The notes under the pieces: model-generated
Database searches by the model: none
What the model saw: the letters and a program-made list of their open reading frames with translations, nothing else
What the model was told of the DNA's origin: nothing
Position numbers and translations under genes: made by a program
Shown: positions 1 through 11,032 of the stretch, in pieces
Position numbering within the stretch: the first letter of the stretch is position 1
Layout: every line of letters starts with the position of its first letter
Source of the DNA: Cognaticolwellia sp.
Lineage (GTDB): Bacteria; Pseudomonadota; Gammaproteobacteria; Enterobacterales; Alteromonadaceae
Assembly (NCBI GenBank): GCA_041616855.1
Contig: JBFJQB010000001.1
Span: 1 to 54,510 of the forward strand
DNA length: 54,510 nt
Direction of reading: 5' to 3'

Positions 1-1560
1 CTCTAATGCTTTAGTACCGGACCAAACACGGCCCTGTGCAATAGCATCTACTTGCTCTGTACTCATATCACGGTTTTTAGCAACAAGCTCAATAAAGTCA
101 CGGTAACCTCGCTCAATATTTAACTGAACAATGTTAGCCATGCCTGGGGTTAAAGCACGAGTAATACCAAAACCAGCAATGTCTGTCGTACCAACACCAT
201 CGGTATGAATGCCTAATTTACTTAAGGTCTTTTCAAAGGTCATAAAGAAACCGAAGATACCTATAGAGCCAGTAATAGTGGTAGGGGAAGCATAAATTTT
301 GTCCGCAGGGGCAGATATCCAATAACCGCCAGATGCTGCATAGGTACCCATAGATGCAATAACAGGTTTGCCGGCTGCTTTTAATAACTCGACTTCTTGG
401 CGAATAACTTCAGATGCATATGCGCTACCACCAGGGCTGTCAACACGAAGCACAACGGCTTTAACATTTTTATTGTCGCGTGCTTCTTTTAATAAAGCCG
501 CGGTACTTGTGCCACCAATTTTTCCAGGTTTTTGGTTACCGTCTAAAATGGTGCCTTTAGCAACAATCACAGCGACTTTATCACCATTAGGAGTTAATTT
601 AGCTGTTGAATCAATGACATTTAAATAATCATTAAACGCCACTTTTTTGAAACTTTCTTCGCTGTCACGTCCCACCATGTTGATCAGGTCTTGATTGACT
701 TGCTCACGAGTTTTTAAAGCATCAACCCAGTTATTTGCCAGGGCATATTCAGCAACACTGCCATTGGCGGCTGTTAGTTTAGCCACTAATACATCAACAT
801 CTTCATCAAAATTATTGATAGCAAAGTTACGTTGCTCAGCAACATCAGCTTTATATTGCTGCCAAAGATCTGTTAACCATAGTTGGTTTGCTTCTTTAGC
901 GGCATCGGACATATTATCGCGAATATAAGGTTCAACCGCCGATTTATAGGTGCCAACGCGAAAGACATGCTGACTAATTGATAATTTTTCTAGGGCAGAT
1001 TTAAAATACAGTTGATAGCGACCGTAGCCGTCTAATAACATCCAACCTTTAGGGTTTAACCATATTTCATCGGCAAAACTGGCTAAGTAATATTGGTTTT
1101 GACTATATTGCTCACCAACAGCAATAATTTTTTTACCACTGTTCTTAAAAGCCAATAAGGCTTGAGCGATATCACGTAACTTGGTAATACCCGAGCCTTT
1201 CATGTTTTTAAGATCCAACACCATCATATTAATACGATCATCAGTTTCAGCTTGTTTGATCACCGTAAGTATATCCGCTAACAGTACTTCAGGTGTTGTG
1301 TCGTTTTTTTCAAGTGCTTCACTGATAAAGGCGTCCATGGGGTTTATTTCGCGTTTTTGCTCGACGATATCACCGTGTAAATTTAATAGTAGCGCTGAGC
1401 CAGGCAGTACTGGTATATTTTTTTCGTCACTGCTAATTGCAATAATGAAAATTAATAGCACAGCAAAAAACACCAAATTAATGATGATTTTTCTCGACAT
1501 ATTGAGCAAACTAAATAGCCCTAGGGTTATTCTTGCGATCGTACTCTTGCTTTCTTTCAT
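1..1560 (-). CDS. sppA: Signal peptide peptidase SppA (protease IV, long form), 3' end runs off the window
   Basis: Not in the ORF track because it has no stop in the window. Manual translation from ATG at 1560 gives MKESKSTIARITLG.., an N-terminal TM segment, RVGTYKSAVEP, VLRVDSPGGSAYASEVIR, SMGTYAASGGYWISAPADKIYASPTTITGSIGIFG and QGRVWSG. Divergent from ydjA as in other gammaproteobacteria. Confidence 0.95.
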   Translation of the reverse strand, partial: MKESKSTIARITLGLFSLLNMSRKIIINLVFFAVLLIFIIAISSDEKNIPVLPGSALLLNLHGDIVEQKREINPMDAFISEALEKNDTTPEVLLADILTVIKQAETDDRINMMVLDLKNMKGSGITKLRDIAQALLAFKNSGKKIIAVGEQYSQNQYYLASFADEIWLNPKGWMLLDGYGRYQLYFKSALEKLSISQHVFRVGTYKSAVEPYIRDNMSDAAKEANQLWLTDLWQQYKADVAEQRNFAINNFDEDVDVLVAKLTAANGSVAEYALANNWVDALKTREQVNQDLINMVGRDSEESFKKVAFNDYLNVIDSTAKLTPNGDKVAVIVAKGTILDGNQKPGKIGGTSTAALLKEARDNKNVKAVVLRVDSPGGSAYASEVIRQEVELLKAAGKPVIASMGTYAASGGYWISAPADKIYASPTTITGSIGIFGFFMTFEKTLSKLGIHTDGVGTTDIAGFGITRALTPGMANIVQLNIERGYRDFIELVAKNRDMSTEQVDAIAQGRVWSGTKALE

Positions 1561-1928
1561 AAAACCTTTGTTTAAAACTAATTATGTATTCGATAGCTAT
1601 ATGCTACTGAAAATTCACTTGCTTAAGTAGTCGTAAATGTAACTATTTTTGTCATATCGAACTAAGTGTTATAAAAATGATTTATCAAGGCGAGGTTCGA
1701 GTATATTGAAGGCGGGATTTTTATAACCTTGATAAAGCGATGGCATCGATTTAAGTACATGCAGGCATTTTAATAGTTCATTTATAAGCATTATTTTTAA
1801 CATGATTACAAAGAGGTAGGGTTTTATTGTTGAATTTTTTATACAGGTGAAATACAGTGTTGTAGATCGCTATTTTTAGCCGTTAGTCTTTAAGCCAAAA
1901 ATACAAAACTAAAGGAATATGTAGTTTT

Positions 1929-2477
1929 ATGAACGTATTGGAGTTTTTACAAACCCGCCAGTCTAATCCTTATTTGCAAGGTGATACGCCAGATGAGAAA
2001 AGTATAGATAATATTCTCAAAGCCGGTATGCGGGCACCTGATCACGGTGGTTTAACGCCATGGCGCTTTACTGTGGTTAAAGATGCTGGTTTGAACAAAC
2101 TAAGTAAAGCGTTTAAGTCAGCAGCAATTAGCGATGGTAGCGATGAAATCAAAATTGAAAAAGCAGCTAAAATGCCGTTTCGAGCCCCTTTGATTATTAT
2201 TATAAGTACTAAGTTTCAGCAGCACGTTAAAGTACCTAAACAAGAGCAGCTAATTGCCGCAGGATGCGCAGCCCATGCGATGCAAATGGCAGCAACCAGT
2301 ATCGGTCTTGGTGCTATGTGGCGCACAGGTGAAATGAGTTATCATCCGCTGGTAAAAGAGCGTTTGGGTGTTGAGTTACATGAAGAAATCGTCGGCTTTT
2401 TATATATTGGTGAAACGTCAAAAGAATTACCGTTGAAAAACAGTAAAGCCTATGAAGAGTATGTTAATTACTTTTAG
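1929..2477 (+). CDS. ydjA: NAD(P)H nitroreductase, YdjA family
   Basis: RAPDHGGLTPWRF, PFRAPLII, AAGCAAHAMQMAA, GLGAMWRTG and GFLYIG motifs; sppA-ydjA synteny. Confidence 0.92.
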   Translation: MNVLEFLQTRQSNPYLQGDTPDEKSIDNILKAGMRAPDHGGLTPWRFTVVKDAGLNKLSKAFKSAAISDGSDEIKIEKAAKMPFRAPLIIIISTKFQQHVKVPKQEQLIAAGCAAHAMQMAATSIGLGAMWRTGEMSYHPLVKERLGVELHEEIVGFLYIGETSKELPLKNSKAYEEYVNYF

Positions 2478-2502
2478 CTTATAAATGTTCAAACATACTA
2501 AT

Positions 2503-2529
2503 AAAAAAACCCTCTATTGAGGGTTTTTT
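2503..2529. terminator. Bidirectional rho-independent terminator between ydjA and asnS
   Basis: AAAAAAACCCTC-TATT-GAGGGTTTTTT hairpin with A/T tails on both sides, between convergent genes. Confidence 0.9.
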
Positions 2530-2549
2530 AGCTTGAGTTTACTTTTAAC

Positions 2550-3950
2550 TTAGAATGCCGCGTTATTTGGCGTTCTTGGGAATGGAATCACGTCGCGAAC
2601 ATTTTGCATACCTGTCGCGTAAGCTACTAAGCGTTCAAAACCTAAGCCAAAACCAGAGTGTGGTACTGTGCCGTAACGACGTAAATCGCGATACCAACTG
2701 TAATCGGCTGGGTCTAAATTCATTTCAGCAAGACGTTGATCTAAAACATCTAAGCGCTCTTCGCGTTGACTACCGCCAATGATTTCACCAATGCCTGGTG
2801 CTAAAATATCCATTGCAGCAACCGTTTTGCCGTCGTCATTTAAGCGCATGTAAAAAGACTTAATATCTTTCGGGTAGTTTTGTAAAACGACCGGTCCATT
2901 GAAGTGTTCTTCAGCTAAGTAACGCTCATGCTCTGAGTTTAAATCTACGCCCCAAGCCACTTTATTTTCAAACTTTTTACCACAGTTTTCTAAAATGGTA
3001 ATGGCGTCAGTATAGTCTAAACGAACAAAGTCGTTATTGATCACAGAGTTTAAACGCTCAACCACGGTTTTATCGACACGTTGTTGGAAGAAGGCCATAT
3101 CATCAGCACGCTCATCAAGCACGGCTTGGAAGACATATTTTAACATTTCTTCTGCTAAATCAGCGGCATCAGCAAGATCGGCAAATGCGATTTCCGGCTC
3201 TATCATCCAAAACTCAGCGAGGTGACGGGTTGTATTTGAATTTTCAGCGCGAAACGTTGGGCCAAACGTATAAACTTTTGATAGGGCGCAACAATAAGTC
3301 TCAACATTTAACTGACCTGATACGGTTAAGAAGGTTTCTTTACCGAAAAAGTCTTGATCATAATCAACTTTCCCTTGATCATTAAGTGGCAAGTTTTCCA
3401 TATCCAGTGTACTCACACGGAACATTTCACCAGCACCTTCACAGTCACTTCCGGTGATTAATGGTGTGCTGATCCAAAGGTAACCTTTGCTATGTAAAAA
3501 GCGATGCACTGCTTGCGCTAATGTATTGCGCACACGTGTAACTGCGCCACCAATATTGGTGCGTGGACGTAAGTGTGCTTGTTCGCGTAAAAATTCGATA
3601 CTATGACGTTTTGCTGCCATAGGGTAAGTATCAGGGTCTTCTACGAAACCTAATACTTCAACTTGTTCTGCTTGCAGCTCAAATGACTGACCTTTACCCG
3701 GTGATTCCACCAAAATACCGCTCACTTTAACTGCTGCACCGGTAGTAAGTTTTAATACATCAGTCTGATAATTATCTAAATTATTTGGAGCAATTGCTTG
3801 AATAGCGTCAAAACATGAACCGTCATGTATCGCTAAAAATGAAATACCTGCTTTGGAATCTCGACGTGTACGGATCCAACCATGGATAGTAATTGATTCA
3901 TTAACAGGATATTTTCCTGCCAAGATATCAGTAATTGCAATGACTGACAT
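2550..3950 (-). CDS. asnS: Asparagine--tRNA ligase
   Basis: OB-fold [17 protein letters not shown], motif 2 [31 protein letters not shown], motif 3 GFGLGFERL. Confidence 0.98.
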   Translation of the reverse strand: MSVIAITDILAGKYPVNESITIHGWIRTRRDSKAGISFLAIHDGSCFDAIQAIAPNNLDNYQTDVLKLTTGAAVKVSGILVESPGKGQSFELQAEQVEVLGFVEDPDTYPMAAKRHSIEFLREQAHLRPRTNIGGAVTRVRNTLAQAVHRFLHSKGYLWISTPLITGSDCEGAGEMFRVSTLDMENLPLNDQGKVDYDQDFFGKETFLTVSGQLNVETYCCALSKVYTFGPTFRAENSNTTRHLAEFWMIEPEIAFADLADAADLAEEMLKYVFQAVLDERADDMAFFQQRVDKTVVERLNSVINNDFVRLDYTDAITILENCGKKFENKVAWGVDLNSEHERYLAEEHFNGPVVLQNYPKDIKSFYMRLNDDGKTVAAMDILAPGIGEIIGGSQREERLDVLDQRLAEMNLDPADYSWYRDLRRYGTVPHSGFGLGFERLVAYATGMQNVRDVIPFPRTPNNAAF

Positions 3951-4095
3951 TTACAAACCTCTTTTCTGTCAAAATGTACTCAAATTTTAAGGATTGATAT
4001 GTTACCTTGCTTGTTAGGTTTAACAAGTAAAAGTTGCGAAATCCGGTCTATATAAAAAGAAAAATTAAAAATTAGTGATAAAGGCGGCATTAATT

Positions 4096-4473
4096 ATGAA
4101 AATACCTAGAGACGAGCGCAGAAGTGCTACTGATATATGGACTTATATCCTCAGGTTTTTAGCTATTGCAGGCTGGGGATTATTTGTTTTTGCGATTATT
4201 GTGTCGTATTACGCCGCCCCTGAATCTGATTACGGTATATTGCGTTACCATAATATTGAAATAAGAAAATTTTGGCTGACACCATTAACCGGTTATTTAT
4301 ATATTGTTTTATGGTTAAGCGCGTTAAGCAGCTACTTTTGTTTAATCATCAATAAGTATCGTAGTCGGCGTAAAAGCGATGGCAAGCATTTTAATATTTT
4401 ATTATTACTTGTCGTTACCATCGCTTGGGTTAGTTTCATTTTAGTACAAATATCTGAGGTGAAAGCTCTTTAA
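4096..4473 (+). CDS. Hypothetical membrane protein (about 3 TM segments)
   Basis: 125-aa ORF from ATG 4096 (track start GTG 4075) with three hydrophobic stretches; fills the asnS-bioA gap. Confidence 0.7.
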   Translation: MKIPRDERRSATDIWTYILRFLAIAGWGLFVFAIIVSYYAAPESDYGILRYHNIEIRKFWLTPLTGYLYIVLWLSALSSYFCLIINKYRSRRKSDGKHFNILLLLVVTIAWVSFILVQISEVKAL

Positions 4474-4499
4474 CGGAAAACACTTTTTAGGTCTAACCA

Positions 4500-5804
4500 T
4501 TACTGAGCTATAAAGCAGTTATCTTCTTCTAGTACCGTTTTGATAGCTTGTATCAGCATGGTCAGTTGTGCCTTATTAGTGATAAATGGCGGCATGACAT
4601 AAATCAGTTTGCCAAAAGGGCGTATCCACACGCCTAACTCGACAAAGCGCTTTTGGATTTCGGCCATGTTAACGTTTTCTGTGGCTTCAACAACACCTAT
4701 ACCACCTAATACTCTAATATCTTCAACCCTTGAATGATTTTTTAATGGTATTAAGTGCTGTTTAAACATCTGCTCAATGTCAGCTATTTGTTGTTGCCAC
4801 TCATTACGTTTTAATATATCAAGGCTAGCATTTGCTACCGCACAAGCTAGCGGATTGCCCATAAAGGTCGGGCCGTGCATAAAACAACCGGCTTCGCCAT
4901 CACTAATACTGTTAGCGACTTCGTCTGTGCATAATGTGGCGGCTAAGGTCATGTAGCCGCCCGTTAACGTTTTACCTAAACAAATGATATCAGGGCTAAT
5001 ATCTGCCCATTCACAAGCAAACAATTTACCGGTTCGGCCCAAGCCTGTGGCAATTTCATCGGCAATCATCAACACATTATATTGGCTGCAAAGTTCACGA
5101 CAGGCTTTTAAGTAGTTAGGGTGGTAGATGCGCATACCACCAGCGCCTTGTACTATCGGTTCGATAATAAAAGCGGCTATTTGATGATGATGTTGCTCAA
5201 ACATGGCAGTTAATTCTGTAACATCTGTGGCATCCCATACTTGATCGAAAGCGGTTTTCGGCGCAGGCGCAAATAGGTTTTTCATCAGCACCGGCTCAAA
5301 GAGTTGGTGCATGCCATTGACGGGGTCGCAAACTGACATAGCAGCAAAGGTATCACCGTGATAACCATTTTTAACCGTCAGTATTTTATGTTTTTCTGGT
5401 TTATTCTTACTATGCCAATATTGAATCGACATTTTCAGCGCCACTTCGACTGATACCGAACCACTGTCACTTAAAAAGACTTTATTTAACCCCTCAGGTG
5501 TCAGTTCAATTAAGTTTTTGGCTAATTGTACGGCTGGTTGATGGGTTAAGCCGCCAAACATAACATGGGCAAATTTTTCAGTTTGCGAGATTAAGGCCTG
5601 GTTTAATTCTGGGTGATTATAACCGTGTAGCACGGACCACCAAGATGACATACCATCAATTACTTTTTCACCATTAGCTAAGGAAATGTACACGCCTTCA
5701 GCGGACTCAACAAGATAGGATGGCAGCGGCTTTGACATCGATGTATAAGGGTGCCAAACATGGTTTTTATCAAATTCGAGAGTTTCTGCTTGTTTATTGT
5801 TCAT
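4500..5804 (-). CDS. bioA: Adenosylmethionine-8-amino-7-oxononanoate transaminase
   Basis: HVWHPYT, DGMSSWW, SGSVSVEVALK, GYHGDT, DEIATG, PLP lysine LGKTLTGG, HGPTFMGNP. Start set at MNNKQ (5804) because the longer track ORF would cross the operator and the bioB start. Confidence 0.96.
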   Translation of the reverse strand: MNNKQAETLEFDKNHVWHPYTSMSKPLPSYLVESAEGVYISLANGEKVIDGMSSWWSVLHGYNHPELNQALISQTEKFAHVMFGGLTHQPAVQLAKNLIELTPEGLNKVFLSDSGSVSVEVALKMSIQYWHSKNKPEKHKILTVKNGYHGDTFAAMSVCDPVNGMHQLFEPVLMKNLFAPAPKTAFDQVWDATDVTELTAMFEQHHHQIAAFIIEPIVQGAGGMRIYHPNYLKACRELCSQYNVLMIADEIATGLGRTGKLFACEWADISPDIICLGKTLTGGYMTLAATLCTDEVANSISDGEAGCFMHGPTFMGNPLACAVANASLDILKRNEWQQQIADIEQMFKQHLIPLKNHSRVEDIRVLGGIGVVEATENVNMAEIQKRFVELGVWIRPFGKLIYVMPPFITNKAQLTMLIQAIKTVLEEDNCFIAQ

Positions 5805-5805
5805 A

Positions 5806-5836
5806 TGTAAAGCTTGCTTAGGAGAATTAGTTGACA
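5806..5836. promoter_or_regulatory. BirA (biotin repressor) operator in the divergent bioA/bioB region
   Basis: TGTAAAGC-N15-AGTTGACA matches the gammaproteobacterial BirA site TGTAAACC-N15/16-GGTTTACA. The right arm overlaps a TTGACA -35 followed 16 bp later by TAGACT (candidate bioB promoter). Confidence 0.75.
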
Positions 5837-5903
5837 TCTTGGTGTTGGCGCATAGACTACCCGTTAATATTACGAGATGCAATTTCAACACGAGTGAATA
5901 ACT

Positions 5904-7004
5904 ATGACACAGCAAACATCAACGGTAAGTGAATCTAAGCCTGATAGCTTCGCTAATAATAACCAAACGCACAGTGAAATTCGCCATAATTGGCAAGCAC
6001 ACGAAGTTAAAGCGTTGTTTGATCTACCATTTAATGATTTGATGTTTAAAGCACAACTGGTTCACCGAGAAAACTTTAATCCTAACGAAGTGCAGGTCAG
6101 TACTTTATTGTCGATTAAAACCGGTGCCTGTCCAGAAGATTGTAAATATTGTTCTCAAAGCTCACGTTATAAAACTGATATTGAAAAAGAACGCTTAATG
6201 GAAGTTGAAAAAGTACTTGAAGCGGCAAAAGTGGCTAAAGAGCAAGGCTCAACTCGCTTTTGCATGGGGGCAGGTTGGCGTAACCCTAAAGCAAGAGATA
6301 TGCCTTTAGTGGTAGAAATGGTTAAAGGCGTTAAAGAACTTGGGCTTGAAACCTGTATGACCTTAGGTATGTTGTCTGCTGAACAAGCCGATGAATTACA
6401 AGGTGCAGGTTTAGATTATTACAACCATAATTTAGATACCTCTCCAGAGCACTATAATCAAATTATCACCACACGCACCTATCAAGACCGCTTAGATACG
6501 TTAACTAATGTGCGCAGCTCGGGCATGAAAGTCTGTAGTGGCGGAATCGTTGGTTTAGGTGAAGAGAGTAAAGACCGAGCGTCATTACTGGCTCAATTAG
6601 CTAATCTTTCGCCACAACCTGAAAGTGTTCCTATCAACATGTTAGTGAAAATAGAAGGCACACCGCTATCTGATGTTGCAGACTTAGATCACTTTGAATT
6701 TATTCGCTGCATTGCTGTGGCACGTATTATGATGCCGAAAAGTCATGTCCGTTTATCTGCAGGGCGCGATGCCATGAACGAGCAAATGCAAGCCATGTGC
6801 TTTTTAGCCGGAGCCAACTCGATTTTTTACGGGTGTAAATTATTAACCACAGGTAATCCAGAAGCAAATAAAGATATGCAATTGTTTGAACGCTTAGGTA
6901 TTAATACTGAAACCATTGCGAGTTCAGAAGTGGATGAAGAAAAACTTAAAACGGCTGTTATCGATCAGCAACATAGCGATCTATTTTATAACGCTGTTAA
7001 CTGA
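5904..7004 (+). CDS. bioB: Biotin synthase
   Basis: Radical [43 protein letters not shown]. Confidence 0.98.
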   Translation: MTQQTSTVSESKPDSFANNNQTHSEIRHNWQAHEVKALFDLPFNDLMFKAQLVHRENFNPNEVQVSTLLSIKTGACPEDCKYCSQSSRYKTDIEKERLMEVEKVLEAAKVAKEQGSTRFCMGAGWRNPKARDMPLVVEMVKGVKELGLETCMTLGMLSAEQADELQGAGLDYYNHNLDTSPEHYNQIITTRTYQDRLDTLTNVRSSGMKVCSGGIVGLGEESKDRASLLAQLANLSPQPESVPINMLVKIEGTPLSDVADLDHFEFIRCIAVARIMMPKSHVRLSAGRDAMNEQMQAMCFLAGANSIFYGCKLLTTGNPEANKDMQLFERLGINTETIASSEVDEEKLKTAVIDQQHSDLFYNAVN

Positions 7005-7009
7005 TAGCT

Positions 7010-8188
7010 ATGGCGTTTGAGTTTTTAAGCCATACTGTTCAGCAACAACAAGCGCGTGCGCGTTATCGCGCGCGCCATTGCGTAGCGAAACAAAGTGGCC
7101 GTTATGTCACCATTAATGAGCAAAGTTACTTAAACTTTTCCTCTAATGATTATCTTGGGCTAAATCATCATCCAGAGATTAATCAAGCATTACGCGAGGG
7201 CGCGCAACGGTTCGGTATTTGTGCTAGCGGCTCAAGTTTAATCACCGGATACTCTTATGCACACCAAGCATTGGAAAATGATATTTGTCAGTGGCTCAAT
7301 AAAGCTAACTGTTTGCTGTTTTCCAGTGGTTTCTCTGCCAATAATGCCTTAATGCACGCGTTAGGCCATAAAAGTTGTCATTTATATCTAGATAAACTTA
7401 GTCATGCTTCTTTAATTGATGGTGCACTGACCAGTGACGCGAGAGTAAAACGCTTTTTACATAACGATACTGAGCAGCTTCAACGTTTTTTAATACAAGC
7501 TCAACAAGCAAATAATCATGCAAGCAGTACAAAATTAAATAGCGTGATTGTCTCTGAAGGGGTTTTTAGTATGGACGGTGACCAAGCGCCGGTGGCAGAT
7601 TTAGCTAAAATAACTCAACAGCATCATGGTTTATTGTATTTAGATGACGCTCATAGTATTGGCGTGGTTGGCGAACGCGGTCAAGGCAGTAGCAGTTTCG
7701 CAGACGTGGATGTGGTTATGGCAACCATGGGGAAGAGTATTGCCACCAGTGGTGCCTTTGTAGCATGCGATGACACATTGGCTGATTATTTAGTGAATTG
7801 CTCACGCCATTATATTTATTCAACCGCGATATCTCCAGCGTTAGCTTGGGCAACAAGAAAAAGCATCAAAATCATTCAAACCGAACAATGGCGTCGTGAT
7901 AAAATTACCGAAATGAGTGAATTACTCGCATCAAAACTAAGCAGTGAAGTGAAATTAGTCAAAAATGCGTCTTCGATACATGCCATTATTATCGGTGATG
8001 AAACGGCAACCCTTAATGTATGTCAAAAGCTGCGAGATAAGGGGATTTGGCTTAATGCTATCCGTCCACCAACGGTTCCAAATAATAGCTCTCGGTTACG
8101 CGTAACTGTAACATCGAGCCACGAAATTAAAGATATCAACTACTTAGTTAGTTGTATCAATGAGGTTATAGAAAAATGTCCGAAGTGA
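7010..8188 (+). CDS. bioF: 8-amino-7-oxononanoate synthase
   Basis: NFSSNDYLGL, HASLIDG, EGVFSMDGD, DDAH, TMGK, IRPPTVP, RLRVT; position in the bio operon. Confidence 0.95.
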   Translation: MAFEFLSHTVQQQQARARYRARHCVAKQSGRYVTINEQSYLNFSSNDYLGLNHHPEINQALREGAQRFGICASGSSLITGYSYAHQALENDICQWLNKANCLLFSSGFSANNALMHALGHKSCHLYLDKLSHASLIDGALTSDARVKRFLHNDTEQLQRFLIQAQQANNHASSTKLNSVIVSEGVFSMDGDQAPVADLAKITQQHHGLLYLDDAHSIGVVGERGQGSSSFADVDVVMATMGKSIATSGAFVACDDTLADYLVNCSRHYIYSTAISPALAWATRKSIKIIQTEQWRRDKITEMSELLASKLSSEVKLVKNASSIHAIIIGDETATLNVCQKLRDKGIWLNAIRPPTVPNNSSRLRVTVTSSHEIKDINYLVSCINEVIEKCPK

Positions 8189-8961
8189 CTAGTCGTTATA
8201 AAATAGCGAAATCATTTGGCGAAGCGAGTACATCTTATGATGTTTCAGCACGTTTACAACGCTATTGCGGCAAACATTTAATGCCATGGCTACCCAATCG
8301 CAACGATTTAACGGTGTTAGATTTAGGCTCAGGAACGGGTTATTTTACTGAACTATTAGCCAGTCGCTATCAAGATGTTATTGGCGTAGATATTTCCACT
8401 AAAATGTTACGTTTTGCGCAAAATAATCGTGATAACTCTATTCATTGGCTCGAAGCTGACGCTTATAAATTACCATTACAAGAAAATAGTATTGATTTTG
8501 TCTATTCTAATTTGATGATCCAGTGGTGCGAGCCATTAGACAAGGTCTTAAATGAAGTCATGCGGGTATTAAAGCCAGGTGGTGTTTTTGTTTTTAGTAC
8601 GCTAGTTGACGGGACTTTATTTGAATTAAAGTCTGCTTGGGCACAAGTTGATAATGATCGCCATGTGATAGATTTTAAGCCTGAGCGTGAAATTAAGCAG
8701 CTGTTCGAAGGTACCGATCGCAAGTTGCTAAACGCAAAACAACAAGATATTGTTTTAGAGTACGAAAGTGTTCTCCATTTGGCCCATGAATTAAAAGGAT
8801 TAGGTGCTAACCATGTCCCTAAAAAGCAGGGCAAAGGCTTAGCGGGTAAAGAGAAATGGCAAAAAATGTCAAAAAGTTATCAAGACTTTCTCGAGCCTAA
8901 TAATATCTATCCTGCCACCTATAAAATTTTTTCGGGCTTAGTGGTTAAACTAAGTGACTAA
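8176..8961 (+). CDS. bioC: Malonyl-ACP O-methyltransferase
   Basis: SAM-binding VLDLGSGTG, SNLMIQW, RVLKPGG, LKGLGA, PATY; overlaps the bioF end. Confidence 0.93.
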   Translation: MSEVTSRYKIAKSFGEASTSYDVSARLQRYCGKHLMPWLPNRNDLTVLDLGSGTGYFTELLASRYQDVIGVDISTKMLRFAQNNRDNSIHWLEADAYKLPLQENSIDFVYSNLMIQWCEPLDKVLNEVMRVLKPGGVFVFSTLVDGTLFELKSAWAQVDNDRHVIDFKPEREIKQLFEGTDRKLLNAKQQDIVLEYESVLHLAHELKGLGANHVPKKQGKGLAGKEKWQKMSKSYQDFLEPNNIYPATYKIFSGLVVKLSD

Positions 8962-9017
8962 GTATTTAACCTGAACAAGCCTAGATACCTTTTGATAAAT
9001 TTAAAGAGTTAGTTGAG

Positions 9018-9695
9018 ATGTTAAAACTATTTATTACTGCTACCGACACAGATGCCGGTAAAACTTATGTATCTCAAGCTCTGGTAAATGCGCTAGTAGC
9101 TAACAATAAAAAAGTTGCAGTCTATAAGCCCATTTCTGCCGGCTGCGAGCGCATCGATAATACTTTGGTTAATGAAGATGCCTTATTATTACTTAAGCAA
9201 GCCAATTGTCTGCAAAGCATTGCACAGGTTAATCCTATCGCTTTTGAAGAGCCCATTGCTCCGCATATTGCGGCAGCAAAATTACACCAAACGATAGACT
9301 TAACAGCTATTGAACTCGGTTATAAAAAAATAACGGCTTTAACCCCTGATGTTATTATATGTGAAGGGGCTGGTGGCTGGCGTTTGCCGGTAGGGCAAGG
9401 GAAGTATTTATCTGAGTTTGTCCAGGCAACTTCTCAAAATGTGATATTGGTAGTGAATATGAAGCTTGGTTGTTTAAATCACGCCTTGTTAACTTATCAA
9501 GCGATTATAGCCGATGGTTTGAATTGCCTTGGTTGGATAGCTAACTACCCGGATCAGATGCCTTATTTAGCAGAAAATATTACTGAATTAAGCCAATTAC
9601 TGCCGATTCCAAAACTCGCGGAACTGCCGTATGAGTTAGATATTAGTAAAGCAGCCAAGAAAATAGATGTTTCTTCATTAACTTCGCTGCTTTAA
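9018..9695 (+). CDS. bioD: Dethiobiotin synthase
   Basis: TATDTDAGKT P-loop, YKPI, IAPHIAA, EGAGGW, LGCLNHALLT. Confidence 0.96.
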   Translation: MLKLFITATDTDAGKTYVSQALVNALVANNKKVAVYKPISAGCERIDNTLVNEDALLLLKQANCLQSIAQVNPIAFEEPIAPHIAAAKLHQTIDLTAIELGYKKITALTPDVIICEGAGGWRLPVGQGKYLSEFVQATSQNVILVVNMKLGCLNHALLTYQAIIADGLNCLGWIANYPDQMPYLAENITELSQLLPIPKLAELPYELDISKAAKKIDVSSLTSLL

Positions 9696-9716
9696 GTTGC
9701 ATTAGCCCCAATGCTT

Positions 9717-10442
9717 CTATAGTAAGTGATCTAAACTATCTTCGGTGCTAATAACTAACTTCTCGCCCGCCTTAAAGAGATAGCCTTCAGTTTTAACCGA
9801 CATATCAGAAGACAATTTCATGGTGTTGTGTTGAATATCCAAAGCGCTTCCTTCAACAATTGCCACAATGGGAGTCTGAGGGTTGAGCACCATAAACTCT
9901 GCTAAACGTTGTGCACGTGTTTCACCATTATGGCCCGGTGGGTTGTGATCGGTGTAATGGGGGTTGAGTTGAAAATCAACAAGCTGTAGGGCATTAAAAC
10001 TTTCTGGTTCTATAATCGGCATATCATTCGTGGTGCGGATTGAAAGACCAGCAACATTTGATCCTGCACTCCAGCCGATATAAGGCATACCGCCGGCAAC
10101 TTTATTTTGAATGGCGTTAATTAAGTGATGTTGATATAGCTGATGTAATAAGTGAAAAGTATTACCGCCACCCACAGCAATTGCTTTTGCTGAGTTGATA
10201 GCCTCAACGGGGTCATCTTGCTGATGAATACCTGTTACCGTAACACCTATCTCAGCTAAGGCGCTTTGTACTTTTTCTGTATAATCATCATAGTTTAGCG
10301 TCACACCGGCATAAGGAATAAATAATAATTCCTTAACACCCTTTAGCTTTGCTTTTATCATCGCTAAAGCATGCTGTAAATATTCTGTCTCACCAACACG
10401 AGAACTACTCAATAGCAGTAGGTTTGCATTTTTAATCGTCAC
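9717..10442 (-). CDS. pepE: Dipeptidase E (peptidase S51)
   Basis: FIPYA, VGGGNTF, nucleophile GWSAG, TTNDMPI, NPHY, GETRAQR. Confidence 0.95.
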   Translation of the reverse strand: MTIKNANLLLLSSSRVGETEYLQHALAMIKAKLKGVKELLFIPYAGVTLNYDDYTEKVQSALAEIGVTVTGIHQQDDPVEAINSAKAIAVGGGNTFHLLHQLYQHHLINAIQNKVAGGMPYIGWSAGSNVAGLSIRTTNDMPIIEPESFNALQLVDFQLNPHYTDHNPPGHNGETRAQRLAEFMVLNPQTPIVAIVEGSALDIQHNTMKLSSDMSVKTEGYLFKAGEKLVISTEDSLDHLL

Positions 10443-10595
10443 TTTTTTTACCTATCTCATTATTTTAGTCGCTTTATTTTACCTGATTTACAATCACAAG
10501 TTTACGCATTAATGGTTTTTATCCGCCAATATACCAAGCACTAAATCATTATCATTGACTTGTTTACTTAGAGTCACAAGTAGCGCTTTAAATCA

Positions 10596-11000
10596 TTAAT
10601 TTGCTAATTCATTGACACAAGCCATGGCGATAAATCCAGAGCGTGTTTTGTAATGTGCAGATTTAGCCACTCGATCATCAATTTGTTTAATTAATAATTC
10701 TGGCAGTGTTACGTTTATTTTATGGCTTTTTCCCATGTAGGGCACGATATCAAAATCAAGTACAGCCCAGATAGGTGCGGAGGCAGTAGAGCGCAACATA
10801 TGCTCTTCAATACTTTTTGCATGTGGTACTTGTTCACCATATTCAACCAAAATTTTTAAGTGTGCAGCCATCGCCTCATTGAGTAATGAAAGCCCCTCAT
10901 CCATCGTCGCAGCTTTAACCTGACAACCCGGTAAATCGACAACAGAAAATAGGTAATTTTTTTCTTCATTATTACGTAAAACCAATACTGGATATTTCAT
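10596..11000 (-). CDS. hicB: HicB-family protein with C-terminal ribbon-helix-helix; no adjacent HicA toxin
   Basis: From ATG 11000 (RBS AAGGA): MKYPV..VVDLPGC..A.TMDE (HicB fold) and KINVTLPELLIKQIDDRV..TRSGFI (RHH). Confidence 0.85.
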   Translation of the reverse strand: MKYPVLVLRNNEEKNYLFSVVDLPGCQVKAATMDEGLSLLNEAMAAHLKILVEYGEQVPHAKSIEEHMLRSTASAPIWAVLDFDIVPYMGKSHKINVTLPELLIKQIDDRVAKSAHYKTRSGFIAMACVNELAN

Positions 11001-11032
11001 AAATCTTTCCTTTAAATCAATAAAAACACAGT

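Noticed and set aside
368-1630. Plus-strand track ORFs 368-628, 695-928 and 1181-1630
   Set aside because: Antisense shadows of sppA on the minus strand.
5805-5915. N-terminal extension of bioA in the track (start 5915)
   Set aside because: It would run through the BirA operator and promoter and overlap the bioB start.
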